From Cycas panzhihuaensis (Eukaryota; Plantae; Cycadophyta), in the NCBI GenBank assembly GCA_023213395.1, contig CM041465.1, forward strand, positions 217,999,741-218,063,740: DNA of 64,000 bases, in the 5' to 3' direction. The notes under the pieces are model-generated. The model worked only from the letters and a program-made list of their open reading frames with translations, made no database searches and was not told where the DNA came from. Numbering within the stretch: the first letter of the stretch is position 1; each line of letters opens with the position of its first letter. Shown piece after piece: positions 12,531 through 23,854 of this stretch. The position numbers were made by a program, and so were the translations under genes.

Positions 12531-13752
12531 GGGCCTTAGGAGAGACGCAGATGCAGTGCAGACGCAAAGACACGCACTAGTAGAAGATGCAAAGATGGAG
12601 GCCGAGGTCTAAACGAAAATGGGCCAGCATGGCACAGAGGCCAATAAATGAAATAAAAAACGGAGGACTGAATGCCAATATGGAAGGCGATCGGAGGATA
12701 TAATAAATGGAACGGTGCAAAGGGCAAGATGCCTTAGCAGAGTACAGGGAACAGAGGTGAAGATAAACAAAATCTCAATGAAGTGATACGAAAAAGGGTG
12801 CAATACTATCTCAGATAGAAATACTAAAGATGTTCAAACTAAATAGGGAAGGCAGACAAAAAGCATATATTGAAGATTAACCGAACAAAGCAAAAAAAAA
12901 TATATATATAAAAAATTATTTATTTATATGTTGAAAATCAAAAGGAACAAAGAACTTGGTTCCCGTATGATTGTGCAAACTTCTGAGCGGGAGAACTTCC
13001 TTCACGGTAGATGAAATTCTGATCCATCTTCTCCAGTGGATAGGTGAGCTCGCCAGAATCTCAACAAGCAGTCATATAGATACGTTTCACCAGATGTATG
13101 AGCAACTGCAAACGTATTTGTAGCAGGCTTCTTCAAATTTCTAAGTCCATTCTTCAGTATATAGATCTGTTGTAGATGCTTCTCTGGATGACTGAATATG
13201 CCCAAAAAACTGTAGATTTGTAACAATCTTGAAAATATAGTCAGAAAATATGATGAAAAAATGTAGATTTGAGCTAAATGTAGCATAAAATGGTGAAAAA
13301 ACTTGATACAATAGGCAGATTTATAATAAAAATAGTAGATCTGAAGTAACAAATTGTAGATCTTTAAAGAAAACTTAATCTGCAAAAAATATCAAATAAG
13401 TAGACAAAAAACTTGTAAACTATCAAAATATATGATAAATTTGTAAATCTGAAGAGAAAATAACTTGAATATGAGAATAAAAACTTGAATGTATATAACT
13501 TGCTGCTAAAAATCCTTTGTAGATCTGCACAAATCTGAAAATAGATCTCAGTAATATTTGTTGAACCAGAAATATAGCTTAATAATAATCAAAATCTACT
13601 GAAATAATATGTAAAACTTGTTGAAAATCTTCAGAAAATAAATATAGTTAATATATCTTGCTTGTAAAAGGAATTTGTTGTAGAATGCAGTAGATCCTGT
13701 TACTCTTCTTCAAAACTTCAGCAGGTCAGCAATCGCCTGCTCTGATACCAAA

Positions 13753-14244
13753 TGATGGAATAATAATAGCAGGACTATGCTCTGATACCAAATGATGGAA
13801 TATAAAGTTTGCAAGACTATGCTCTTATACCAAATGATGGAAAATATACTAGCAAGGAGAACAGGTCAAAACATATATCAAATAACCATAAACCAGTATT
13901 ACATCAATACATCAATATGTCATAATCACAATAGCATAAAGAACATGAAAGCCTTATTGTTCAATCCATTGTAGCAATAATGAGCATTACAAATCTCCTC
14001 AAAGGTAGGCGGTGTCTAAAAACACTAGGGTTGTACACCCCATAACATTTATAGTTTTGGGGGAGGAGGGAAACTCCTCAACCCCTGAATTCAAATTAAT
14101 AATAAAATAATACTAACTTAACTCAAATGAAACTAACTCAACTTACCTTAACTTACCTTGACATGTTGAGCATCACATGTCTAAATTGAGGTGCACAATC
14201 CTGGTAGGTAAGAGGGAGTTGAGTGATGACATTACACTCCAACA
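13753..14244 (-). repeat. 5' LTR of element C
   Basis: Preceded on the plus strand by GCTCTGATACCA-AA. Embedded PBS copies at 13779-13790 and 13821-13832. Confidence 0.96.
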
Positions 14245-16567
14245 AGGGCTCTCCTACCCTTAGGGTGAAAGAGGGTGAAAACGATCTCCTTCTAAAGAGG
14301 AGATAGAAGAGCAATGATTCCTTGCAGAAGGGAACCCTAAAGATGAGAAGAAGGGGTGACAATTATTGGTTTGCTTGGCTTCTACTTGTTCATTTATTTG
14401 TTAGTTTGATGATAAGAAAGAGTGAGTGTAGGTAAGAGGATTAGCCGCTTACGGTTTGTTGCAAGTGGGGGTCCAAGGTAGTTGGTTTAGTTTATAAAGG
14501 ATTACCCTTAAGAAGCTAAGGTTTGCAATGTTAGGCTTGGAGAGGTGAGAAAGTGTTGCAATCATTTAGTTGCAGCTAAGTTTTAGGTTTTTCCTTGGGT
14601 TGTGAGAACAAGGCAGGTAGGTTGATGTTTATTTGCTTGTTGTAAGGTAGGTTTATCTCTAATCAATAGTTATTATGATGTTCAATTATTGTAACTTTTA
14701 TGATGCAAATAAAATATGATGACAAAGTAAACTAACTATTCTCCCTTGCTCTTAATTCTTTTTCTCTTAGAAGGGGGAGGTTTTTCAAGAGGGCAAAAAA
14801 AAAGGTAGAATATGATATCTATCTACTTGCAACTAGTGTTTCTTCTTATACAATAAATGGATTGGAGTTCTACAATGTTTCTCTCTTGGGCAGGAAGGGG
14901 CTTAAAGTGCTTTTAGAATCCTTGCATAAATATTATACACAAGGCTAGAAGAAAAGGGAGAGATGCAAGCTTTTCCTTTCATATGCAAAGGGAAAGAGGG
15001 GAGTGGTTTGTTTATACTACGCTTCCTTTCTATGTGAGATGCACAAACATATGAGCAAAGCAATGAGACACTTTCCCTTTCCTTTTAGGGCAAAGGGGTG
15101 GTTAGGAAGGCAAGGAGAGAAAAAAAATGAGTGGAATGTACCCGGTTCCATGACATTCGATGCAGTAGCCCAACTCTTCTTCATGCGTCCTCTTTGCCAG
15201 TAGCTCTGCTTCTCTTGTCGTAATGAATGTTGTTAACGAACCTTGAGTGGGGGTTCCTTACCTTCCCTAAGTTTGAATAAACAAAACAAAAAAGGAGAGT
15301 AGAAAAAGGGAAAGTGCAACATAAACCAAAACAAGAAACAATGTTACCTCTTAGTGAAAAATCACTTTGTTTATGAATGGGTCTGACTCCACCTAAATTA
15401 CATAATAGATAACTACAAACAACAAATATTCATATATGCATGCCAACTTACTAATGAAAGATATTTGGAATGTTTGTTTAGTTGTGTAATGCTAGAATAA
15501 GATCTCAAGTAATATTTTACTATTTAGTATGACATACAACATGCAACATACGGGAGAAGCAAGAGGTAGAAAGGAGTGGGAGTGTTACCTCAGAATGGTG
15601 AGTTCTACTATAATCTAGGTTTCTCCAAAATGGATGAATAAGACCTCACAATCATGTGGTAGTTTCTTAGGGGTAAAAGATCTTGAGGTGGGGTGATAGA
15701 TCACCCAAGAAGGAAGCTATAAGTTTTGCATCCAAGTAATACACTAGTTGAGGCATGAATAAGAGGGATATCAACTAGTGTTGAGGAGGGGTTACCCTAG
15801 TAGAAGGGGGCTTTTAGAGTCATAACTCAAGTACAAAGCCCTTCCTATAATCTCCCCTAGCCACTTCTATCCTCTCCTCACCAAAACTAATGATTTGGAG
15901 GATGAAACTAGAGGTTTGATAGTAGGTAGAGGGGTTGCCTCTAAGATTCCTGGTAGACTTACTCCTAATGAGCATGAAAAGGGGTGTCTAAATCTGAAAA
16001 TGGTTAAGAAGCACATTAGTTAATCGAAAGAATAAAATAAAACTTAGGTGTTTGGTAACCAAAATCACAACAAAATGGCTTACCTTTTGGATGAAAGAGA
16101 GAATAGTGCAGGTGAGAGTTCTTAGCTTGAAAACCAAAAGTTTTAGAGAATAATTTTAAGTTTTTGGGGAGGAAACCAACTCTCTTTTATAACTTGATAG
16201 CTTGGGGCTAATCTAATATAGTTGTTGAGCTTGATCCTGCTAGCTTTCCCTTTTTGAAGTACTATTCTACATGCAGGCTTCCAGTAGATCCCAAGAGGAT
16301 GGAAGTTTGTGAGAGAAATATGAAGTTTTGCAAAGAAAATAAGTTGAAGAAGAGAGGAAATCCATTTGAATTTAGGTTTTTATGGTTTAGGTGAGGTCTT
16401 GGGACCATTAAGGATTGATCTGGGCTGGTCCCAAGGCCAGGGACTATGTTAGGTTTACAATAAATATGATTTTAGCCATTTTTGGTCACATTTAAACTTA
16501 TAACAGTCTCACCATGAATTAATTCATGGCACCACTAATATATTAGCAGTGTTGCTAATATATTAGA

Positions 16568-16712
16568 GGGGCACAATAATCAGAGTGGTGCAGACAAAAA
16601 AGGGAGTAGGGAAATAATAGGTCAATGGATCTTAATATTAGTAGGGCACAATAATCAGAGTGGTGCATATAAAAAAGGGAGTAGGGCAATAATAGTTCAA
16701 TGGATCTTAATA
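16568..16712. repeat. 75-bp tandem duplication
   Basis: GGGCACAATAATCAGAGTGGTGCA...TCAATGGATCTTAATA occurs twice. Confidence 0.9.
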
Positions 16713-18881
16713 AAAATTAATTAATATTAATTAAAAAGAAGAAAACAAGGCATGATATATTGCTAAGGGGCCTGAAACATATCCCTAAAGACCTGTAGGC
16801 CAATGCTAGGCCATTCTATAGGAAGAAAGTTGCCGAAAACATACAAGAAACATATCACTCTAAGTTAGATCTCCATGGGAAAATAGCAACCACATACACT
16901 AAGGTAAAAACAAGGCCCAAAAAATCAACATCAATTAGATACAATCTACAAATCTCACATGGAATGAGCAATGAAAGTCATCTTTTCATGTGAAACCTTA
17001 ATAAACTTTCCTTGGTGGACCAAGGGATAAATGAGGCATACAAAAGGGAAAAGATGCTACAAAAGAGTATGAATAGGCTAAGAATCATCTAAGCTAGGTT
17101 ACATAGGCATGTGAGAAACCTATTACCAAGAGGGTATTAACCATGGGATCTCAATGATGCCATTGGACTGGAGTCCTGGTTGTTATAGGTAGGGATCATA
17201 CACAAGCAAAGGGATTAGGTAGGTAATCCAAGTAGCCAAGCAACCATAATCTAATAATCAAAGGAACGAAGCAAAGAGAAATATGGAAAAGCATATACCT
17301 GATCTTACCTATGCGATGCTATCCCTATCCATTCTTGATGGCCAAGAAACACCTGAAAATATTTTTCTAGAATTTTTTTTAACTCTGTAAAGTTTATATA
17401 AAACAGAATTTACATGTTATTTTGCTAATTGAGAATCTTAGGAACCTCTTTTTGTCACTTTAAATCTTATGCCAGAAAAAATATAAGCATTATAACCTCC
17501 TATATGGTGATTAGACTCATATTTTTTAGTGATATGTAGTGGAGAAAAGGGTAATTCCCTTAACATATTTCTATGAGAAGATATATATACATAAAAGAGA
17601 AAAAGAAACAAAAAAATATATTAACAAAATAAAATTAGAAAATATAAGCATTATTTATGTTTATGGTGGGGTACCTCTTAAGGAAATGATGAATGAACTA
17701 TGGAGCAAAGCCTACTAGTGAGTAAAGCCCTTACATGAAAGCATAGAGGAGGCAAAAACAATAAAGAAGGTAGAAAAAGAAAGGCAATTGAGATAACAAT
17801 AAGAAACAAATGGCAATAGACTTGAGCACAGATTGATATAAATAGAATGTCATAGATATCAAGGCAATCTTGTAGCAGTCATTAAAAAAGAAAAAAGGAT
17901 TTGCAGGTGTGGCAAACTATGTCGTGGTCATTATGACAAACAGTAAGTGTAGATGAATGTAATATGTGTCGATCATATCGTGTAGAAAGGCCTTGTAATA
18001 GAGTAAACTTAGAGAAAATATGATGCCTCTATAATGATGCAAACACCCAAAAAAGCACTGAGTCATACATATGTCAATGATGCCACTTCTAAAGATATGG
18101 AGAAAATGTAGACATCACCCATTCTGTACATTGAATTGTTGAATGGAAAATTTCTGATGATACCATTGTCATTGTGCTTTGCAAACACTATGACATAGAA
18201 AAATATCAATAAATCCTACTCTTTTGGATCAAATTTTTTTGTTCAACATAAAAAAAATGGCAACTTTAGTAATTAATTTAATCATATTTAATTATAATAT
18301 GAAAATTGTGGATGTCAAATTCTATAAGGTAGTTTTTTTTTTTTTACATTGTAAAAAATGCAGTTAACTAGATTGCATAAAATTTAAAATTTGTACTAGC
18401 CCCCTTAACATCAGTCCTTAGTTAGATGTGTTACTCATATGGCCTCCAACTTGTCAGTGAAAATGGTTAAGCCCATGATTTCAATCCCATTCATCATTTT
18501 AAGAAGTCACCTTTATGTTTTTAACCATAACTTAAGTATACAAGGTTGAATTTTAGATCCGAAAGATGTTTTGGAAAGGTGACTTATTGCTCTTTAATTT
18601 AATAGGTTACATAAGTTGTTTTAGAGCTAGTTTGAAGGAGAAATTTCAACTCAAAAATATATATATATATATATTTTAATTTATATTTTTATAAAAATTT
18701 CATCATGTTTAGGCACACTTACTCATTTTTTATGGCTCCAATTCATTTGATGTTACTTTTATTAATGAAATGTACCCGAAATGTGGTGGTGGGGGGGGGG
18801 GCGTGAGTGTGCAAATGTAAAATTTGTTATATAGGCTCCAGGTAACCCAATTTATATTAAAATTTATTATAATTATCATGT

Positions 18882-18907
18882 AGAGAGAGAGAGAGAGAGA
18901 GAGAGAG
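18882..18907. repeat. (AG)n microsatellite
   Basis: Pure AG run. Confidence 0.95.
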
Positions 18908-19465
18908 TCATTGTTTAATATTTTGAGTCACGTCCTTATTTTATGTCATTTGTCATTATGTTGGTAGATACTTTATAGCCTATAGAGGAAAATGTAAGTC
19001 CTTAAAAATAAGAGTGTAAGCTTATAGAGGTAAATTATGAGGCCATAGTGCCCTTGTAAGGTCGTAGAGTTATTTCATCATATATATTCTAGCTATAAAT
19101 ACTGAAGAGTTGCTCATATTATCCTATATTGGCAAAAGGTGGGACTCCTTTCTTCATGCTACTCTTGCATTCAATTATCAGCTCACCTATTCGACCATGT
19201 AGGACAATGTGCTTCCAAGGTATAGTTGACTTGGTGTTGATTGCACCATGTACATAAATGATCATCTTAACTAACTGATAGTAGTAATGACTATTTATCC
19301 ATGTAGTCTGGTGGATGGAGTTCACTTCATATGGACATCAATAATAACTTATGTTTCTTTGTAGTAACTTGATCCAATAGATTTAAATACCTAAATTGTA
19401 TATTGATATGATATTTTTATTTGATGTAATTATTTATTATAGGGGAGAATATTGGATGTAATATC

Positions 19466-22400
19466 TGTTATGTACCCAATCTCCTTTCAATACATCTACC
19501 TTGCCCCTCTCTCTCTTTGATGTATCTTCTTCCCCTTCTTCTTTTTCTCCTTCTTCATCTTCACTAGTCTCTTATTGAAATTATCCTACATGTATTAGTC
19601 AAGTCTCCTTCTTCATCTTCACTAGTTTGTTATTGTAATTATCCCACATATATTAGTTAAGAGGGATGAGCAGCCTTAGTAGCTATATATATAATCTCCA
19701 CTCTTGTAGAGGACATCTTTGAGCATTGAGATATTGTGTATTGGAGGTTGCCCCCTTAAAGTGGCCTAATAATATAAAGTGATCTTGTGCTTGTGTAATT
19801 TTCTTGAGAAGAATTTAACTTTCATTAGAGGATTGGGCAATTGTTAGAGAAAAGTTTATTCCAAGTGGTATCAGAGCAAGATTAATACATGACCTATGAG
19901 CAAGTCAAAGGTATTGAATAATCAATTTTTTTTCCAATTAGCTTTCATTCCCATCAGTATTTATTCACATTTTAATTTCTACTTAGTTACTTCTACTTTT
20001 TAGGGATAGATAACACTATAATCAAGTAACTACTCTAACATTTGCATTGAGTAACCTTTTTTTGTATTTAAATAGAGACCCTATGCTAGGAGTTTATAAA
20101 TATTATGAGGATTTTCTTTTAGGGCTAAATGCATTGTGGCTTTTCTGGCCCCTGCATGAAGGACTAGAGATCACACTTCTTAACCAAGCCTTAGATAAAA
20201 CTTAGCTATAAAGTCATGTCCATGTACCTATGGATATATAGGAGGACACCCTAGGTAGGCCTTCCTAGTATAGGTAACCAATCAACCATTTGTAATTTGT
20301 AGTACATTAAAAGAAGTTACCCTTGGGAAGTTACTCTCTATGTACCCTAGAGATAAGGTAGTATGGTTGCATAGTACATCATTAGCCTCTGTAAGTTTAT
20401 AATATTTATTATTAGAATTAATATATTAGAGAGCCTATAAACCAAAAAATCTCAACCTAGTATACCTGGTCAATCTGTTAGTGGTCTATGTGCACTTAAT
20501 CAGTCAATAAGTTAGTCACCATCAATCTATAAAATTTAATGTGTTTAGCCAGTTTGTTGTCAGTTCATGTGTACATAGTCAGTCAGTTAGTGAGCGACCA
20601 AACAAGAAAAAAAGTAAAAAAAAACAAAAGAAATAAAAAAAGTCAATTAATTGATTGTAAGCAATAAAATAAAAAATAAAAATCCATATTGCTTAATTAT
20701 AAAACAAGCAGGACAATAGTCTAAAAACATCCAGTAAGGGCCTAACATCCTTAAGAACCCATATTTATAAAACAATATAGAGTTAAGGTCGAGAAAGAAA
20801 ATGGCCCTAAAAATCAACCTCGATTAAAGCATCAAACTCAATGATATAGTTGTCTCATTAAGAGGGGAAATATATGTCAAGCTTTAAAAGGTACAACATA
20901 TAGTAAATAATTTGGCCTTCCAAGTATCTAATACGATTGCCCTACTAAAGAAAAATTTCACTAACAAAGATAACCAAGTTAAGGAATATGACTACAACCA
21001 TAAAGAGAAAAAGAAACTTAATTTAGATGATACATCTCAATAGGATATCATAATGAGGGCATGGATGATGATTACTATGATAATAGATGAGGGAGGCTAA
21101 CCTTCCTTCCAAAAGTAGATCTCCAAAACTTTGATGGCAATGATGTTCAAACTTAGGTATCACAAATGGAACAATACTTTTCCCTTCACCAAGTCCCAAA
21201 AGATAAAAAGATATGAATAGCCTCTTTGTATATGGAATCTGAGCCTTACCAATAGTACCAGTGGGTGAAGAAGAAGGTTAGTGGACTTAATTATGATTGG
21301 GACTATTTTATTAAGGACCTTGAGACCTAGTATGATAATATTTAGGATAATGACTACTTTAGTTAGCTCACAAAGATTTAATAAGATAACACAATTTTAG
21401 AATATACCTCTACATACTAGCATCTCTCCATATGATTTGAGAACTTGAGTGAGGAACAAATACTAGAACTATACATTAGTGGACTTCAAGATGAGATTAA
21501 GTAAGAACTTTGTCTCTCAAATCCTACATAAATCACTAAGCTATAAGAATAACATGCCATATTAAAGCAAAAAATAAGGCATCTAGATAATCCATGTGAC
21601 CATATATAAATAAGAGAATACCATCACATACCCCAATCATGTCACACTCACCAATTGTTTAACAAATAACTACATAAGAAGTTGATGAGAAAAGGTTAAA
21701 AGGGCTATGTTTTAGATGCAACCAAAAATGGCAAAAGGACCATCATTGTTTTAAAAAATAATTATTTATCATCAAGAACATATAGGATGAGGAACAAGAG
21801 GAAGAAAATGTTTTAGAACAACTATATGAACATGTTTCAGAATTACTAGAATCACTAATAGATGATGATGAAGATACTACAACCATCTTAGTCCATACCT
21901 TAGCCAGAATTATAACTCCTCAAACTCTTAAAATCATTTAGTATATCAAGAAAAAGTGAGTGGTTGTCTTAATTGACTCAGGAAGCACCCACAATTTCAT
22001 CAATAGGAAACTAACTGAAGAGCTCAATTGTTTTCCATATCTAGTAAAAAACTTCCAAGTCATGGTCACTAATGGGAGAACACTATCTTGTGGTAGAAAA
22101 TGCCATAATATCAAGCTTACCATAGGAGAGTCTTATTTATCTACTTCAATATTTCTAATTCCTGTCATAGGTGTCGATGTGGTTTTAGGAGTTTAATGGT
22201 TGAAGATACTTGGTACCATTCAACTTAACCTACAATAGTTATTCATTTGATTTAACTTAGAAGGTCAAGAGTACCAACTTAATGGAATCACCCTACCCCT
22301 ATCACAATTCGTCAACTCATATAGGATGGAGAAGTTGATACAAAATGGAAGAATATGGCTAATTGCAAGGTGTTATCTAACATAGGTCAACTGCCCTTAA

Positions 22401-23854
22401 TTAGAGAAGATACAACTTATAATAATCACCTGTTATTAGAATTATAAGAAGTTCTACTCAACCGTCCTTAGGTCTTTGATGAAGACCGCAAGGGACTTCC
22501 ATCATAACAAGAGGAGGAACATGCCATCGAGATTGTCCCTAGGAGTCACCCACCTAACATATGACCATATGAGTATTTGTACCAATAAAAGAATGAAATT
22601 AAAAGGTTGGTATATAAATTGCTAGATGCAAGGGTCACCTAAGAGAGTAAAACTGGCTTTTCTACCCTAGTCATACTAGTTAGAAAAAAGGATGGGTCAT
22701 TCCAGATGTGTGTTAATTATAGGGAGTTAAACAAAATCACAATCAAGGATAAATTCCCTATTTTAGTGATTGATGAATTACATAGTGCAACTATATTCAC
22801 ATCCTTGGATCTTTGGTCTAGCTATTACTAAATGAGGGTCAAGATAGAAGATGTGTATAAAATAGCCTTTCAAACCCATGAAGGTCACTATGAATTTTTA
22901 GTCATGCCCTTTGGCCTTACTAATACACCAACCATAAAAAATTATATCATGTAGACTTTAAGGCTATAAGCAATAGAGGAGCATCTACAACAACAAGCTA
23001 ATATACTTTGGATACTAAAAGATAACCTCAACTTGGCTCAATATAGGATGAAGTAACAAGTAGATAAAAAATGAAGTGAGTGGGAGTTCCAACTAGAAGA
23101 TGAGGTTTACATCTGCCTACAACCTTATAAGAAACCATCAATTAAAGGAGATACCAAACACAAGATTCTGCCAAGATTCTATAGGCCATATTAGGTCCTC
23201 AAGCATATGGGTGAGGTAGTTTATGCCTTGGAGTTACCAATAACATCCAAGCTCCATAATATCTTTCATGTATCCTATTTGAAAAGGTTCATTAGACAAC
23301 AACTACAGGCATAGACCGAACTCTACTTTTGGATGAAGAGGGAAAACTCCAATTGGTACTAGAATAAATCCTTAAGGTAAGGATGTGAAACTTACATTCT
23401 TGATAGATCTAGGAGTACCTCATCAACTACCATAAGAAGATTCAACATGGAAGGGTGAGAAGATTGTTTAGGAATATCTAGAATTACTTAACCTTTGAGG
23501 ACAAAGCTTTTTAAAGGGGGATTTGTTATATATCTAACCCTCTTTTAATACATCTACCTTTCTCTTCTCTCTCTTTGATGTATCTTGCTCTCCTTCTTCA
23601 TCTTCACTAGTCTCTTATTATAATTATCCCACATGCATTAGTCAAGAGGGATGAGTGACCTTAGTAGCCTTATATATATATATACTCTCCACTTTTGTAA
23701 ATGAAATCTTTGAGCATTAAGGTATTGTGTATTGGAGGTTTCCCCCTTGAAGTACCTTAGTAATACAAAGTGATCTTGTGCTTGCGTAATTTTCTTAAGG
23801 AGAATTTAATTTTCATTGGAGGATTGGGCAATTGTTAGAGCAAACTCCATTCTA
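19466..23854 (+). mobile_element. Ty3/Gypsy chromovirus (Reina-like), internally deleted
   Basis: LTRs 19466-19863 (with an internal ~55-bp duplication) and 23524-23854. TSD ATATC at 19461-19465 and 23855-23859. PBS TGGTATCAGAGC 19866-19877; PPT AAAGGGGGA before 23524. Confidence 0.93.
20870..23500 (+). pseudogene. gag-pol: Degenerate Gypsy gag-pol: gag, PR, partial RT, INT C-terminus and chromodomain-like tail
   Basis: VVLIDSGSTHNFI (PR) and LVRKKDGSFQMCVNYRELNK...VMPFGLTN (RT). It then jumps near 22935 to KDNLNLAQYRMK...LQPYKK...YALELP. Confidence 0.88.

Larger units (their letters stand above)
8816..14244 (-). mobile_element. Complete non-autonomous gag-only LTR retrotransposon C (Copia-derived, TR-GAG/LARD-like), 5429 bp
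   Basis: 492-bp LTRs at 8816-9307 and 13753-14244 (about 17 differences by eye). Perfect TSD AGGGC at 8811-8815 and 14245-14249. PBS 13739-13750; PPT 9308-9318. Confidence 0.96.
7073..16505 (-). mobile_element. Ogre/Tat-like Gypsy remnant: long 5' LTR (about 8582-8815 plus 14250-16505), tRNA-Arg PBS and Pro/His-rich ORF remnants
   Basis: PBS-like TGGCGACCATACTAGGGAC on the minus strand at 8562-8580. Pro/His-rich minus-strand ORFs at 7558-7993. The outer LTR end is approximate. Confidence 0.55.

Noticed and set aside
11581-12803. Cluster of short ORFs as genes
   Set aside because: They overlap on both strands in a GC-rich repeat tract and have no recognisable domain.
13739-13842. CRISPR array
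   Set aside because: The repeat is an LTR end plus tRNA-iMet PBS, the spacers are only 12-14 bp, the context is eukaryotic and there are no cas genes.
17400-18300. hAT or LINE coding remnant
   Set aside because: Only vague similarity; I found no motif or terminal repeat pair I can support.
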